A stretch of 64,000 nucleotides of DNA from Mytilus edulis. Lineage: Eukaryota. The stretch spans positions 61,194,001 through 61,258,000 of the forward strand of contig NC_092351.1 in NCBI RefSeq assembly GCF_963676685.1, read 5' to 3'. The position numbers and the translations under genes are program-made. Shown piece after piece: positions 1-13,162 of the stretch (position 1 is the first letter of the stretch; each line of letters opens with the position of its first letter). The notes beneath the pieces were generated by a model, which worked only from the letters and a program-made list of their open reading frames with translations, did no database searches and was not told the DNA's origin.

Positions 1-160
1 AGATAATCAAATAATCAAAAATACACAGTCCTAGATTATCAAATTAAGATCAATTTTCATGAAATAGCTAGTCTAGTAATAAAATGATCATTATAAAACA
101 CGGCCAAGTACATGTAATCACATACTCAAATACTCCATGAGGAGAATCTTTAATTATTGG

Positions 161-435
161 TTTACAGCCAATTTCAATGAGTGTGTAGGCAAAGGTAATA
201 TCTTTGGTTAGCTTGCTTGCTAGCTGAACCGTGAAGTCATTGTTAGGTTAGGTAAACTACCCTCCACTAAGAATAGACTAGTCCGACAGATAATCAATCC
301 ATCTGTCTGTAGGACTAGTCTACTTGGAAAGGAAGGTAGTATAACTTACATAATAATGACTTCACGGTGCAGCTAGCAAGTAAGTCAACAAAAGATATTA
401 CCTTTAGCTACACACTCATTGAAATCGGCTGTAAA
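161..435. mobile_element. ~275-bp near-palindromic foldback MITE upstream of Ly6-like copy A
   Basis: Arm tttacagccaatttcaatgagtgtgtag.. mirrors ..ctacacactcattgaaatcggctgtaaa, with pairing over almost the whole length. Confidence 0.8.
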
Positions 436-1185
436 TGTTTTCGGAAAACATATTCAGCACAGCAGTTTTACTTGAGAATAGGATGTACAAAATGTACAAC
501 ATGCGAAGTTACTATTCTACATTAAAACCTTTTAACATATCAATACGACATCACTGACCCCCTATAGATCATTTGTATTGAACAAAGTCTGTTTCTTGAC
601 CGTTATTGAAATTCTTGACAATACCTAGTGATAATATTCTTGATATTTGTATATTCCGAAGGCATACTGAATGTTTTAAGGAGGGGACCAACCTATGTTG
701 AACATGTCACAATGATTTAAACAACCTAAAGTGTTCAACTTAACCTGTGCACAATCGGCGCAAATGCGGATTGAAACTTTTTAAATTCGGCGCAAATTTC
801 ATACTACGTTTCTCTTCGCTTACGGCAATTTAAACCGCTAGTGTTGCCATGACTATGGAAGCTGTCAGACATACGATGCGCAATAAAATTACAAAAGTAC
901 ACCATATGAACTAAAAATTGCAAATTAAATGAGAACGTATTCATATAAATGAAGTTAAAAACGTCGATAATATTTACATAATTGAATTGTATAAATTGTT
1001 ACCGATATTCTCACTAATGCGTGTAAAAACTATATAAATATTAAATAGCATAGAACACTGCACTTCCTTTGTCATGTTTGTGAAATATAGGAAATAAAAA
1101 GAAACCTGTCCGTTGCGCTTGCGGATATAGTCACTTTGTTTTAAGTACTGTTAAGTGATGTTGAACACAGAATACGTTGTTTAAA

Positions 1186-4100
1186 ATGGTGTATAAATTT
1201 ATTTTATTTTCAATAATTGGGATTACAATTACACACAAAGCAATCGGTAGGTAGTTAATTTTTCTTTCATGTGCTTTTGAGTTAACAAACAAAAACAAAC
1301 CAACAAAAATACAAGAAAGTAGGGAGATTTGTAACAATCCTTAAATACACATTTTTATCATTATATCTCAAGGTTGTCTCAATAAAATGTAATTAATATG
1401 CTTTGATGTACTCAAATCTAAATTGCTCTCAATAGTATCTTGTCTTTTGTTTATAATTCAATTCAAAATAATGTATTAATTAAGTTTCCAAAAATGCATT
1501 TGATATCAAGTTTATACCCACTTTCTTCCATATGTCTAATTACGGTTGATTCACTAGAATGGAATAAGCAGTGAGGCAAATCCTTCTGTCTTTAATAAAT
1601 GCTACATGAAGCTGTTGATTGTTGGTCGAAATTTTAATATTAACATATACATATCGTAAATAATAATGTATGTCGCCATTGAACATCAATACCCCAACAC
1701 GAGGCATTGTATTTAACCCCCCCCCCCCCCCCCCCCCCCCAATTCCGAGCGGGCGTGGCGGCAGTGTGTCTTTACATCCCGCACAACAAAGCAACACAAC
1801 GTTAATCATTTATTGGGGTCGCAGGAAATTCTGTAACTTTGTATAATATCGTGCTGCTCACGATGACAAAATGTTTTCTTTATATATTTTTATAACGACA
1901 ACAGGAAATAATTACATTAGATGTATGTTTCATTATAATATTTTATTCTGATTGGCTAACTGCACATCACGTGTTATTCCGTAGGCAGTTGCATTGTTCA
2001 ATACAACTTTTCACTCATGATAACACGTGCTCAAACAATAAAGTGCACAGGTCAACAGGTGAATTAAATAATAAAATATATAAAATTCGTGTTTTCATGA
2101 TCATAGCTAAAAAATGTAATTATAAGTATATATAGGGTTGTAAAAGCGTTGACCGTGCGTACATTTTTTGAATAAATAAATAAATTTACAAAAAGAAGCA
2201 TTCAATTCTTAAATAAAAGCTTTTATTTTACCACAGTTATCATTTTATAAAATAAGAACACAATATTTTGACTATTTTTTTTCAAATTCAAGGTTTGGAT
2301 TATATCGGACCGGTCAATAGTTTCCAACTACTGGACCTCGATGAAACTATTTGACTGCAAGCGGCATTGTATTTCGCAGAATTTCTAAAGCAGCTGCGAG
2401 ATTGAAGGATTTTGAAAATCTCGCGGGATTTAAACGACGTCGCGTTTACCTACTGTATCTAGCCTTAGCATCATTTCAGAATATTTGTAAAGCAAAGCTT
2501 CTATTTTAAGAGAAACGATATGTGTATGCTTCTTGCAACAAAGTAATAAACACGTTTATCGTGAACGACGTTTTTTTTTGGGGTTTAATATGCAAATTTA
2601 TGGGTTTTTTATTGTGCGTTACTCATGTTCCTTCCTACCATATTGATTATACGAAAGGCATAAAATGTCGACAACCAAATACTGCACATACATGTATGAT
2701 TAGTGAAGAGCTAAGCGACACGTGTTAACTGTAATAATACAATTAAGAAAGGAAACGGGGAATGTGTCAATGAGTCAAAACCCGATTAAATGGACGAAAA
2801 CAGCACGAGGCCACCAGCGGGTCTTCGACGCAGTGAGAAAATCAACACGAGGCCCCACAATAAAGTGCACAGGTGAATTAAATAAAAAGTTGATAAAATT
2901 CGTGTTTTCAAGATCCTAGCTAAATAATGTAATTGTAAGTATTGGATGTGTCTATTTTAATTTATAGGTTTGTAAAAGGGTTGACCGTGCGCGCATTTTT
3001 TAGATGAAGCGCTTCGCGCTTCATACAAAATGTACTTCGATCAACGCTTTTACACTTCAATGAAGTTACAAAAAGAAGCATTCAATTCTTAAAGTAAAAA
3101 TCTTATTTTCAGGTACAGAATGTGTGAGGTGTGTAGAATGTAGTATCAGCCCACCAGAAATCCAAAACTTAATACCAGATTATGAGAAAAAATGTATTAA
3201 CCCAAAGTGTATCAAAGCAACGTCGGAAACTAATGCAACAAATGTATCATTTGGTCCATGTCCAAATAATACAGATGACCAACGAATAAACCGATGTGGT
3301 TCTCTTCGTGGAAGTGTTAAATTTTCAATGCAACCTTTAGGAGGTAATGTCTGGCTGTTATATTATGTACGCAACTTAAAATTTAGGTTATAAAAAATAG
3401 AAAGTATGTGAGATATCCGTCAATGACAAAAATCAGCAAATGTATAGCTGAAAAAACCAACAAACAAAAAACACACACACAAAAGAACAGTGTTTGCATT
3501 AATGTTCTTCATCTCAAAGTTATAATGCGGTCTTTGACACGGAGTAAACGTACGTTCACCTCACTGCAAGTTTAAGACGGCCCCTAGCAACGGCTTGAGC
3601 GGAATTCTTTGCAAAAACGATTTGTATAGACTTTGTGAGATATAACATCACCTAATTTGGCCCGGTCAAAAAAGAACAAAAATATGTATCTGGATGAAGT
3701 ACATGTAGTCTTAAAAATATCAATGTACATCACTATCTGTCAAATTTATTCAATTAAGTCATAAATTGCAATTGGTCTTTGAATTCCTACTTTTAAGGTA
3801 TATAGTTACCAACGATTAATTGCAAATTGTCAAAACATACTTCTTATTTATCTAATAGTATAGTATAATTTACAGAACATCCGTGCTTGGTCCGTCAAAG
3901 TCGGGCTTTTTTTACCAATGTTCTAAATGCTGATTGGCTGAATTGGTGGCCTGACACCAAAATATCTTGAAAAGGAAAGAATTTGTACACAAGCAATAAT
4001 GAAAAATGAATATAAATGTAGACTATAAACCTGGTACCAGATTATACCAATATCAGTATTTAAGCGCATTTTGCATTTGCGCCGATCTGCTTTTCACATG

Positions 4101-5145
4101 TTTTTTTCTGTCGTTACATGTAGCACTATTTACTGCATTTCAAACGCGCATTATACATTACAATCCATAAAAACGGGAAACAATGGAGTTATAAATATAT
4201 TGTTGCCGATTATTTATATATGTTACATAGTAGTAAGTTATGGCCTGGATTTTCTCGATGACATCCATAAAACATATATATTAGGCAGGTTCGAATAGAA
4301 CTGTTCATTGTTAATATATATGATATTGCAAAAGATAAAATGACTTGTATTTTTGTCCATCTGATGAGTAAAGCCTTGTTCAACTGATTTTTATAGTTCG
4401 TTCTTATGTTGTACAGTTATACCACTGTCCCAGGTTAGGGGGAGGGTTGGGATCCCGCTAACATGTTTAACCCCGCCACATTATTTATGTATGTGCCTGT
4501 CCCAAGTCAGGAGCCTGTAATTCAGTGGTTGTCGTTTGTTTATGTGTTACATATTTGTTTTTCGTTCATTTTTTTTACATAAATAAGGCCGTTAGTTTTC
4601 TCGTTTGAATTGTTTTACATTGTCTTATCGGGGCCTTTTATAGCTGACTATGCGGTATGGGCTTTGCTCATTGTTGAAGGTCGTACGGTGACCTATAGTT
4701 GTTAATGCCTGTGTCATTTTGGTCTTTTGTGGATAGTTGTCTCATTGGCAATCATACCACATCTTCTTTTTTATATAAAATTGATGAGTTTACAAAATAC
4801 ATGATCCAGTGATAGTTCAGTTTAAATCTACTACTAGCATTCAAACCTAAAATCTTTTTTGTTTAACTTTCAGACGCTACAGTTACCTTCTATCTAAGAG
4901 ATTGTTTTGCGGTGAATAAAAACACAGAATCTGGATGTTATACAGACCAAAACACCTTAAATGACCAAAAAGCTATCTTGGTAAAGCAATTTGAAGATGA
5001 TCTGAAAAGCCTTAATGTACAAGTTGGAGATATACAAAATGGAGAGTTCTGTATCAAAAACGATGGTACCAATAAGTCTTGCACCTTAATGTTTTCATCA
5101 GTGTGGTTACTAATCATGTTAATGTTGGCACCAATTATTGTATAA
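1186..5145 (+). CDS. Ly6/uPAR (three-finger, quiver-like) protein copy A, predicted GPI-anchored, 187 aa; join(1186..1246,3113..3343,4874..5145)
   Basis: Exon 1 encodes signal peptide MVYKFILFSIIGITITHKAIG with donor G|gtaggt. Exon 2 tttcag|GT..GGA G|gtaatg; exon 3 tttcag|AC..TAA. Phases 1/1, total 564 nt. Mature N-terminus TECVRC matches the LU xxCxxC start, and the C-terminal tail LMFSSVWLLIMLMLAPIIV is hydrophobic. The family call rests on Cys spacing and exon structure. Confidence 0.8.
1717..1740. repeat. C24 homopolymer in intron 1 of copy A
   Basis: Seen directly; absent at the paralogous site in copy B. Confidence 0.9.
4341..4777 (+). mobile_element. Abundant interspersed repeat with conserved end ttgtctcattggca..accacatctt (class uncertain, possibly Penelope-like-derived)
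   Basis: Near-identical copy at ~27041-27383; relatives at ~33290-33712, 27790-27911, 45470-45650, 14572-14680 (-) and 35140-35440. Confidence 0.7.
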
Positions 5146-7760
5146 AGACTATATTCTAATTGTACAATTACTGCAGCACAACTTAAAATTTAAAAAATGT
5201 GGAAAATCCCACACCTGGAGGTTGTCCTCAGCTGGACCTTAAATAAAAAATCTACAATCCTGCATACTCCTTTGAGTATATTCCTTGTGTTTGACTAAGT
5301 CATTCCTTACACAAGGGCATCAAACAGTCTAGTAAAGCAAGAACCACTTGCCTTTCTGAAATACTTTGAAAGTTCATCAGTTTTCATTTTGTTGATTGAT
5401 ATACATATTGTTCTTTTACTAGCTTTCTACATGTTTTTAATCATTTTTTAAGTCTCACTTAATTTGACCAATGCATGTTGCTGCCTAACTTTCATAAATT
5501 AAAGATTTTTTATACCAAGTGGTTTTTTTTGTGTTTTATTGCATTCTAATTTAGTGATGTCAATAAACTAGCAATCGCCAAGATATGCTTGGAATATTTG
5601 CCACTGGACATTTAATGAACAACAATCACTCCAGAACAAAATATATATAGTTTCTTCAGTATACTATATAGCTACCACTGGATTGATACAAATTATGTCC
5701 CTGATTGATTGATTTGTTTGTGTTTGAAGGCTACCTTCAGAAATATTGACTTTTAATGGAAGCCATTTTCATTGCTGGAGGAAACTAGAGATTATGGAGA
5801 AATTTTACCTGTTGCATGAAAACTTGAATTCTAGTCGATAAAAATTTGGAGGCAAACACATCTGCCATGTTCTTGGCTCAAATTCACAACCTTGGAGTTG
5901 TCAGGCTAATGATACAGTAGAAGAGCTACTTTGACCACAAGGCACATTTCTGCCCGATACTGCATGACCATTAGTCAATAGTTCATCATAGGTCTTCATT
6001 CATTGTGTTTCTAAATTCTTAGCTTTTATTATTCTGTAAAATTTTTCAAAACTATAAGGATTAAAATTGAGAATAGAAATGGGAAATGCATCAAAGAGCA
6101 AAAACAGCCAAAGGCCACCACTTAGTCTTCAATGCAGCATGAAAATCCAGTACCCTGGATCTCCTTCAAGCATAGTCAACTTTTACTAATATAACCTGGA
6201 TTATTTTGTATCCATCTTGATGTGGCAATCACTAAGAAATTAATCAATTGACCCATTGTGACTGATAACAGATCCTCATTTTATATTAATCAGTTTTAAA
6301 CAAGAATGGTGTCCACAGTACACAGATGCCCTACTCACTATCATTTTCTATGTTCAATGGACCATGATATTGGGGTTAAAACTCTAATTTGGCATGAAAA
6401 TTAGAAAGATCATATACTTGGGACCATGTGCACTACCTTTCAATCTGATTGGATTTCAAATTGATCTAAAACTACCTTGACCAAAATCTTTAACATAAAA
6501 TGGCACAGACGGACAGACCTAGGTGGGGCACAGACCAGAAAACATAATGCCCATGAATAGGCCATAACAAAGTGTTGTAAGCAAAGTCAAATACTGCTGA
6601 GTACTATTTGAATCTAGCTAGTGTAGCCACTCGAAAAACTAAAATAATCAAGTACGACAGGGAAAGAGTTAAGGTCTCATAAGAAATAGTCTAAAATAAT
6701 TTTTAAGCAGGCACAATTTTCCTTTGAGTATTTTATTCTCATTTCTACATCAGACAAAAAATTACATTGATATCATGATTATTTCTTTAAGATATCAGTC
6801 CAGTTACGGATATTTATAGATTCAATCGAGTTGAAATGACCAATGATCATATGTTTATCGCTTTTTCTTACCTATTACGACGTTGTTAATTCATTGACAA
6901 CGGGTACGTGCGCTCTTGGTTTCAAGCGATAATTTTTCATATCACTCTACTGTGCTGAGAAAGGAAATTATCAGTCAGTAAGATCAAAGGAAAATTTCGT
7001 AAAATAGCTATAATATTTGTTACAAAGTGTGCTAGTGACCTGATACGATATATTGGGTCAGTAAATTTCTTATGGGATGAGATCAAAGATAGATGTATAT
7101 ATTATAGTATCAATAATGACTTCACTCTTTTTCACATAGTATATGTCTACGTGATTTCAACCTACATGCATATAAATATTAAATCTTAAAATCTCGTAAA
7201 ATCTCGTGAAGTGTTTTGTAGTTTGTTATTTGTCTGGTATCAGTCTATACTTTAACTATGGTTCAATCTGTGTTTATACGACTTGTGGTTTCCATAACCC
7301 ATCCCCTGTTATTTCTATGTATTTCTTCTTCGATTTTGTTTTAAGTATAACAAAGAAAAAATAATACATTTTATATAAATAAAAATATTATACACAAACC
7401 GCAAAACATTACTCATACTAACTAACAGGAAATTATAACCACAATGAACAGGAGATAATATTGGCGCATGCTTAAATGTGATAAAAAGAACAACTTGCTG
7501 TCTAATAATGATACGTTTTTAAAAATTACGAATATATAGTTTAATGAGGCCTCTCATGTTGGTGTCCAAGTAATCACATAATCACGGCTTTTTTTAAACA
7601 AGATTATCAAATAATCAAAAATACACAGTCCTAGATTATCAAATTATGATAAATTATCATGAAATAATTGGTCTTGTAATAAAATGATGACTATAATACA
7701 CGGCCAAGTAAATGTAATCACATAATCAAATACCCCATGAGAAGAATCTTTAATTATGGG

Positions 7761-8034
7761 TTTACAGCCCATTTCAATGAGTGTGTAGGCAAAGGTAATA
7801 TCTTTGGTTAGCTTGCTTGCTAGCTGAACCGTGAAGTCATTGTTATGTTAGATAAACTACCCTCCACTAAGAGTAGACTAGTCCGACAGATAACCAATTC
7901 ATCTGTCTGTAGGACTAGACTACTTGGAAAGGAGGTAGTACAACTTACATAATAATGACTTCACGGTGCAGCTAGCAAGTAAGTCAACCAAAGATATTAC
8001 CTTTAGCTACACACTCATTGAAATCGACTGTAAA
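7761..8034. mobile_element. Duplicate of the foldback MITE upstream of copy B
   Basis: Same sequence and flanks as 161-435. Confidence 0.8.
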
Positions 8035-8620
8035 TGTTTTCGGAAAACATATTCAGCACAGCAGTTTTAATTGATAATAGGATGTACAAAATGTACAACA
8101 TGCGAAGTTATTATTCTACGTTGAAACCTTTTAGTATATCAATACGACATTTGACTGATCCCCTATAGATCAGAAAGATTGATTTTTTGTTTAAATCGGT
8201 GCAAATTTCTCTTCAAATACGGCAATTTAAACCGCTAGACTAAGTTTTGCCATGGCTATGGAAGCTGTCAGACATACGATGCGCAATTAAATTACAAAAG
8301 TATGCCATGTGAACTAAAAATTGCAAATAAATGAGAACGTATTCATAAAAATGTAGTTAAAAACGTCGATAATGTTTACATAATTGAATTGTATAAAATG
8401 TTACCAATGTTCTCACTAATGCGTGTAAAAAATATATAAATCTTAAATAGCAGATAACACTGTACTTCCTTTATGAAATATAGGAAATAAAAAGTAATCT
8501 GTCCATGTATTGCACATGCGGATATATTCACTTTGTTTTTAGTATTGTTAAGTGATGTTGAAAACAAATCATACATAAGTCGTTATAGGAAATCATATAT
8601 TTTGCCAGAATACGTTTAAA

Positions 8621-11600
8621 ATGGTGTATAAATTTATTTTATTTTCAATAATTGGGATAACGATAACACACAAAGCAATCGGTAGGTAGTTCTTTTTTTT
8701 TCAAGTGCTTTTGAATTAATAAACAAAAACAAACAAACAAACAAAAATACGGGAGAGTAGGGAGATTTGAATGAATGAATGAATGGATGAATGAATGAAT
8801 GAATACTTTATTGGCAAGAAGCATTTATACATACTATGGCAAACGAATGACAAACAGATTTGTAACAATCCTTAAATACACATTTTATTTTTATATTTCA
8901 AGGTTGTCTCAATAAATAGTATTCAATATGCGTTGATGTACCCAAATCTATATTGCCCTTAATAGTATCTTGTCTTTTGGCTATAATAATTCAATTGAAA
9001 ATAATTTATTGAGTTTTGAAAAATGCATTTGATATTCAATTTTGTATCCACTTTCCATACTATTTATTCACTTTGTATTTAATAAGTAGTAAGACAAATC
9101 ATTTTGTCTTTCATAAATGCCACATGTAGTATTTCGCCGTCGATTAAATATTAACATGTACATATCTATAGTGCTGAAAGGACATCAATATCCCTACACG
9201 AGGTATCGTCCGGGCGTGGCAGTGTAAATATATATCCCACACCACCAAGTGACGCCCCATATTAAAGCAAAAGATTTATTGTGGCAGGTCAGAGGAAGTT
9301 CAGGAATAACAATATTTGTAAACATTATCAACTAACACTTCGGTTTATAGAATTCTTTAACTTTATATTGTATTGACCCCATGTCAAGATGTATTCTTCA
9401 TTTTAACAAAAAGTCGGTAAAATCCCAGAACTCACCGACACCAAGAAGTAAACGCTTCAATTTTAAGAGTTACGTTGTGTGAATGCATCCTGTGAAAATA
9501 ATCGATATATATGTATCTTGATGCATGGATGAAAAATGTTGTCCTGCATTTTTTTCCAGTTGTAATCTCTGTCCTGCTTTTTTTTTTTGTGTAAGTTTTA
9601 CCATGCGTTCCAAACCTTTCGGAAGTTTAAGTAATGGACTTCATTATTATTCTGAGAACCGCTATGATCATAGGATATAAATACTATGTCACAATAAGTA
9701 TTGCTGATAAAAAAAAGACCATAGGTTTACTTCTATAAATTGTTATTTGGATGGAGAGTTGTCTCATTGGCACTCACACCACATCTTCCTATAAAGCTTT
9801 TTGTTCGGTGTGAGCCAAGGCTCCGCGTTGAAGGCCGTACATTGACCTATAATGGTTTACTTCTATAAATTTTTATTTGGATGGAGAGCTGTCTCATTGG
9901 CACTCACACCACATCTTCCTATAAAGCTTTTTGTTCGGTGTGAGCCAAGGCTCCGTGTTGGAGGCCGTACATTGACCTATAATGGTTTACTTTTATAAAT
10001 TGTTATTTGGATGGAGAGTTGTCTCATTGGCACTCACACCACATCTTCCTATAAATCTTTTTGTTCGGTGTGAGCCAAGGCGCCGTGCTGAAGGCCGTAC
10101 ATTGACCTATAATGGTTTACTTTTATAAGTTGTTATTTGGATGGAGAGTTGTATCATTGGCACTTACACCACATCTTCCTATATCTATTATTTTATCACC
10201 CCTAACAATTTTCTGGCTGTATATATAAAGGGTAATTACAGGTTAGACAATACTTGGTCATGTTTTATGAAGATTTAAGTCCAAGGCGAAACCGAGGGCT
10301 TAAATCTTCATAAAACACGACCAAGTATTGTCTGACCAATTTAGGACATATTAACACTTTCGAGTGAATTTACAAAACTATCCTTTCCCATTGTTATATT
10401 CAAACCTAAATAAGAGTTCACTTTTTATAATGAACCAAATGTAAAACATAGGTAATGATCATTTCAATGGGTGAAATGAAGTAGCACTGACATAGTTTGC
10501 TTCAGGTAAAATTTAATACTTATATATCTTTAGTTTGTTTTTTTTTTTGAAAAAGCAACACAATGTTATATAAATCTCCTTTTTGAAATTTGATTTTTTT
10601 TTTTTATAAATATAAAACTCTCTGTATGAATATTTGAATTCAGACCATTCAACATTAAATTTTACTTTTTATTGATAAATTTAAATGTATTGTGTTTATC
10701 CGAAAACAATCCTTTGCTTTATATATCAGCAGTCTGACATTAGGTTTTTTTTTTAAAGAAAAAGAAGATAATTCCCTCAAATGTAAGGTATATAAATTAA
10801 ATAAATATCATTTTATTTATCTTTTAAATACCTAATTTTTTTTGGTGTATTCTATGCATGTGTACCATTAGAAAATGCATGAAATTTTGCAAAATTCAAA
10901 ATGTTTTTATTTTAATCTTTGCTCTTTCATCTTTAATCAGTAGGCTATTTTCCCAAGGAAAATGCCTAAGGGGATTGTACACTTCGTTAGTGCAGCTATT
11001 AAGAGTTCACTTTCATAATTAACTGACAGTGAAAAGTCATTCATGTATAGTATTTCATAGTGCATGGAAAACCATGTACTATGAAAATTAGAGGGAAAAA
11101 AACTGACTTTTCATTGGACGCGAAGGGGTGAGTATGTTCTAAACATTTTTATTTTCAGGAACAGAATGTTTGCAATGTGTAGATGGTAGTATAAGCCCAC
11201 CAGAGATCCGAAACTTTATACCAAAATATGTGAAAAAATTAAGCAGCCCAGAATGTCCCAACGCAACGCTGGCAACAAATGCAACAAAAGTAATATTTGG
11301 CACATGTCCAAATGATCCAACTGACCAACTAAAAAACAGATGTGGTACTCTCAGCGGAAGTGTTAAATTTCTCGGCGCAGGTAATGTCTAACACGCAAGA
11401 TAAAATTAGGTTTTTGTCAAATTTATTATATTGCTTTAGGCTTATTTGCTGATAAAAATATGAAACTTTCAAAGGGTTTGTATTTTTTAATATTAATTAA
11501 TTCGAAATACCCGTTTGACTCTGCGGGTCTTGAATGACTGTCTCATTGACAATCATATCACATCTTTTTTTATTAATAAATAATTGAATTTTGGATGTAA

Positions 11601-12219
11601 CGCGTCTTCTGATTGGCTGACGTTGATTTGTTTATCAGCTTATATGCATAATTTTGTCATAAACGTTTTTTCATGATATACACCGGTTTAAAATGGAATT
11701 TAGAATTAAATTATAAGAAATGACTGCAATATTTTTCTTTCTATTCGAAAAAGCATGGTAAACCTTGGCTTCGCTTCGGTTGACATATTTTTTCGGGGTA
11801 ACAATCTGCTCTAACACACTTTCATCGATGTGTTATTTATATAACATTTTGTAACAATGTAACAGCGTTCGTCACAACTATGTCGATTCCGTATAGGAGT
11901 TGAGTTATTTTACCAATTTAAACGAATGTGTTCCTGATTAATATTGATCACATGTAGTTTGGTTTAAACCTATTATTCAAATCTTAAGTCTTATTTTCCA
12001 CTTTCAGAAGCCACGTTGACGTTCTTTATTAGAGATTGTTTTGCGATAAATAAAAACACTGAGTCTGGATGTTCCACAGACCAAAACACCTGGAATGACC
12101 AGAAAGCTATCTTTAGAAAGAAATTCGGAGATGATCTTAAAGCATATGGTGTAGAAGTTGGAGATATACAAAATGGAGAGTTCTGTATCAAAAAAGATGG
12201 TACCAATAAGTCTCATTAA
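8621..12219 (+). CDS. Ly6/uPAR-like protein copy B, 164 aa, GPI signal lost (predicted secreted, or young pseudogene); join(8621..8681,11159..11380,12008..12219)
   Basis: Same signal-peptide exon sequence and splice phases as copy A (495 nt). At the 3' end TCT TGC ACC TTA (A) became TCT CAT TAA (B), and the old tail sequence is still recognisable at 12220-12274. Confidence 0.75.
8770..8855 (-). mobile_element. 86-bp 5'-truncated LINE-type insertion with (ATTC)n tail and 7-bp TSD
   Basis: AGATTTG duplicated at 8763-8769 and 8856-8862; copy A has the empty site. Confidence 0.8.
9724..10186 (+). repeat. 3.5 tandem copies of a 130-bp unit (3' end of the interspersed repeat family)
   Basis: ggtttac recurs at 9724, 9854, 9984 and 10114. 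Confidence 0.92.
10241..10337. repeat. ~42-bp-arm inverted repeat (hairpin)
   Basis: ggttagacaatacttggtcatgttttatgaagatttaagtcc pairs with gggcttaaatcttcataaaacacgaccaagtattgtctgacc. Confidence 0.85.
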
Positions 12220-12896
12220 TGTTTTCATCAGTGTGGTTACTAATCATGTAAATGTTGGCACCACTTATTGTATAAATACTAATTGTACAATTACGGTAGC
12301 ACAGCTGATGAAAGAATAAAAATACTGTCTCCACTTTTTTAAAAGCAAGTTTTGTAAATACGTACCTGATAATTCTCCTCTTACGTCTGTGGGACCAATT
12401 TATAATTTTAACAGCAGGGATAGAAAATTCAAAAAGCTTTGTTCTCATACTAATATCTGCATTTGTGTTCTGGGTATTTATCTATGTCTATTTTGGTAAT
12501 AAAGCTTCCAATATCAATATATATTTTATTTTACTGTTCAAACTTTTGTCTGTGTCTATGTCTGTCCCTCTTTGTTCATGGATTTCTTTATGGAGCCTTG
12601 AAGCTCCATATGAAGCCAAACATACTTTGAACGTGTGGTTCCGAGTATCATGGTGTCTTTAAAAGAGCCTTGTTGTTTCACTTGAAGATACAGATAATTA
12701 AATAGTTCATAGTTTCTTTTATAGATTCTTGCTTCTAGAGAAAGGTACAGATATCTAAAATCTTGTAGTTTGTAGTTCTTGATTTATTTGATAGAGCCGT
12801 TTTACCTGATACTTAACCACTGAACTAAGAATTACATTATAGCAAAGATGGGATTATCTCAGCGTGTTACAAGTGTTAACAAGACTTTGACGTTAA

Positions 12897-13162
12897 GGTG
12901 GTACCCAACACCTTCAGTAAAAATAATTTGGCTCGTTTAATTTTCATAAAATGTAGTATTTACTTTGACCCTTTAACAAAAATATAAAAATTTCAAAAAT
13001 TTTGAACCAACTGTTTTGTCAGAAAAAATACACTGGTTATAGAGCAGTTTGACAAACACCAATTTTGATCATTGAGAAGCTTAATATTCCCTTTACAACA
13101 CGTGGAATTAAAACGTTTAGGTGACTTTACAGAGTTATCTCCCTGTAGTGTAAAGTACCACA
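12897..13162. mobile_element. Same TTAA MITE family
   Basis: Sequence identity with 37222-37493. Confidence 0.8.

Larger units (their letters stand above)
7601..9240 (+). repeat. Segmental duplicate of ~1-1780 (upstream region, exon 1, start of intron 1)
   Basis: Colinear high identity starting at agat(a/t)atcaaataatcaaaaatacacagtcc, with a few indels. Confidence 0.9.

Noticed and set aside
1540-1809. 89-aa Gly-rich ORF
   Set aside because: The Gly run comes from a C24 homopolymer, the ORF is antisense intronic, and the frame is not kept in the duplicate.
4355-4395. Hammerhead ribozyme at CTGATGAG
   Set aside because: No stem II followed by GAAA and no cleavage triplet in register.
7258-7344. 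Alternative first exon for copy B
   Set aside because: Its donor would create TGA on joining exon 2, and a better signal-peptide exon shared by both copies exists at 8621.
9724-10186. CRISPR-like array
   Set aside because: The units are fully repeated with no unique spacers, and the context is eukaryotic.
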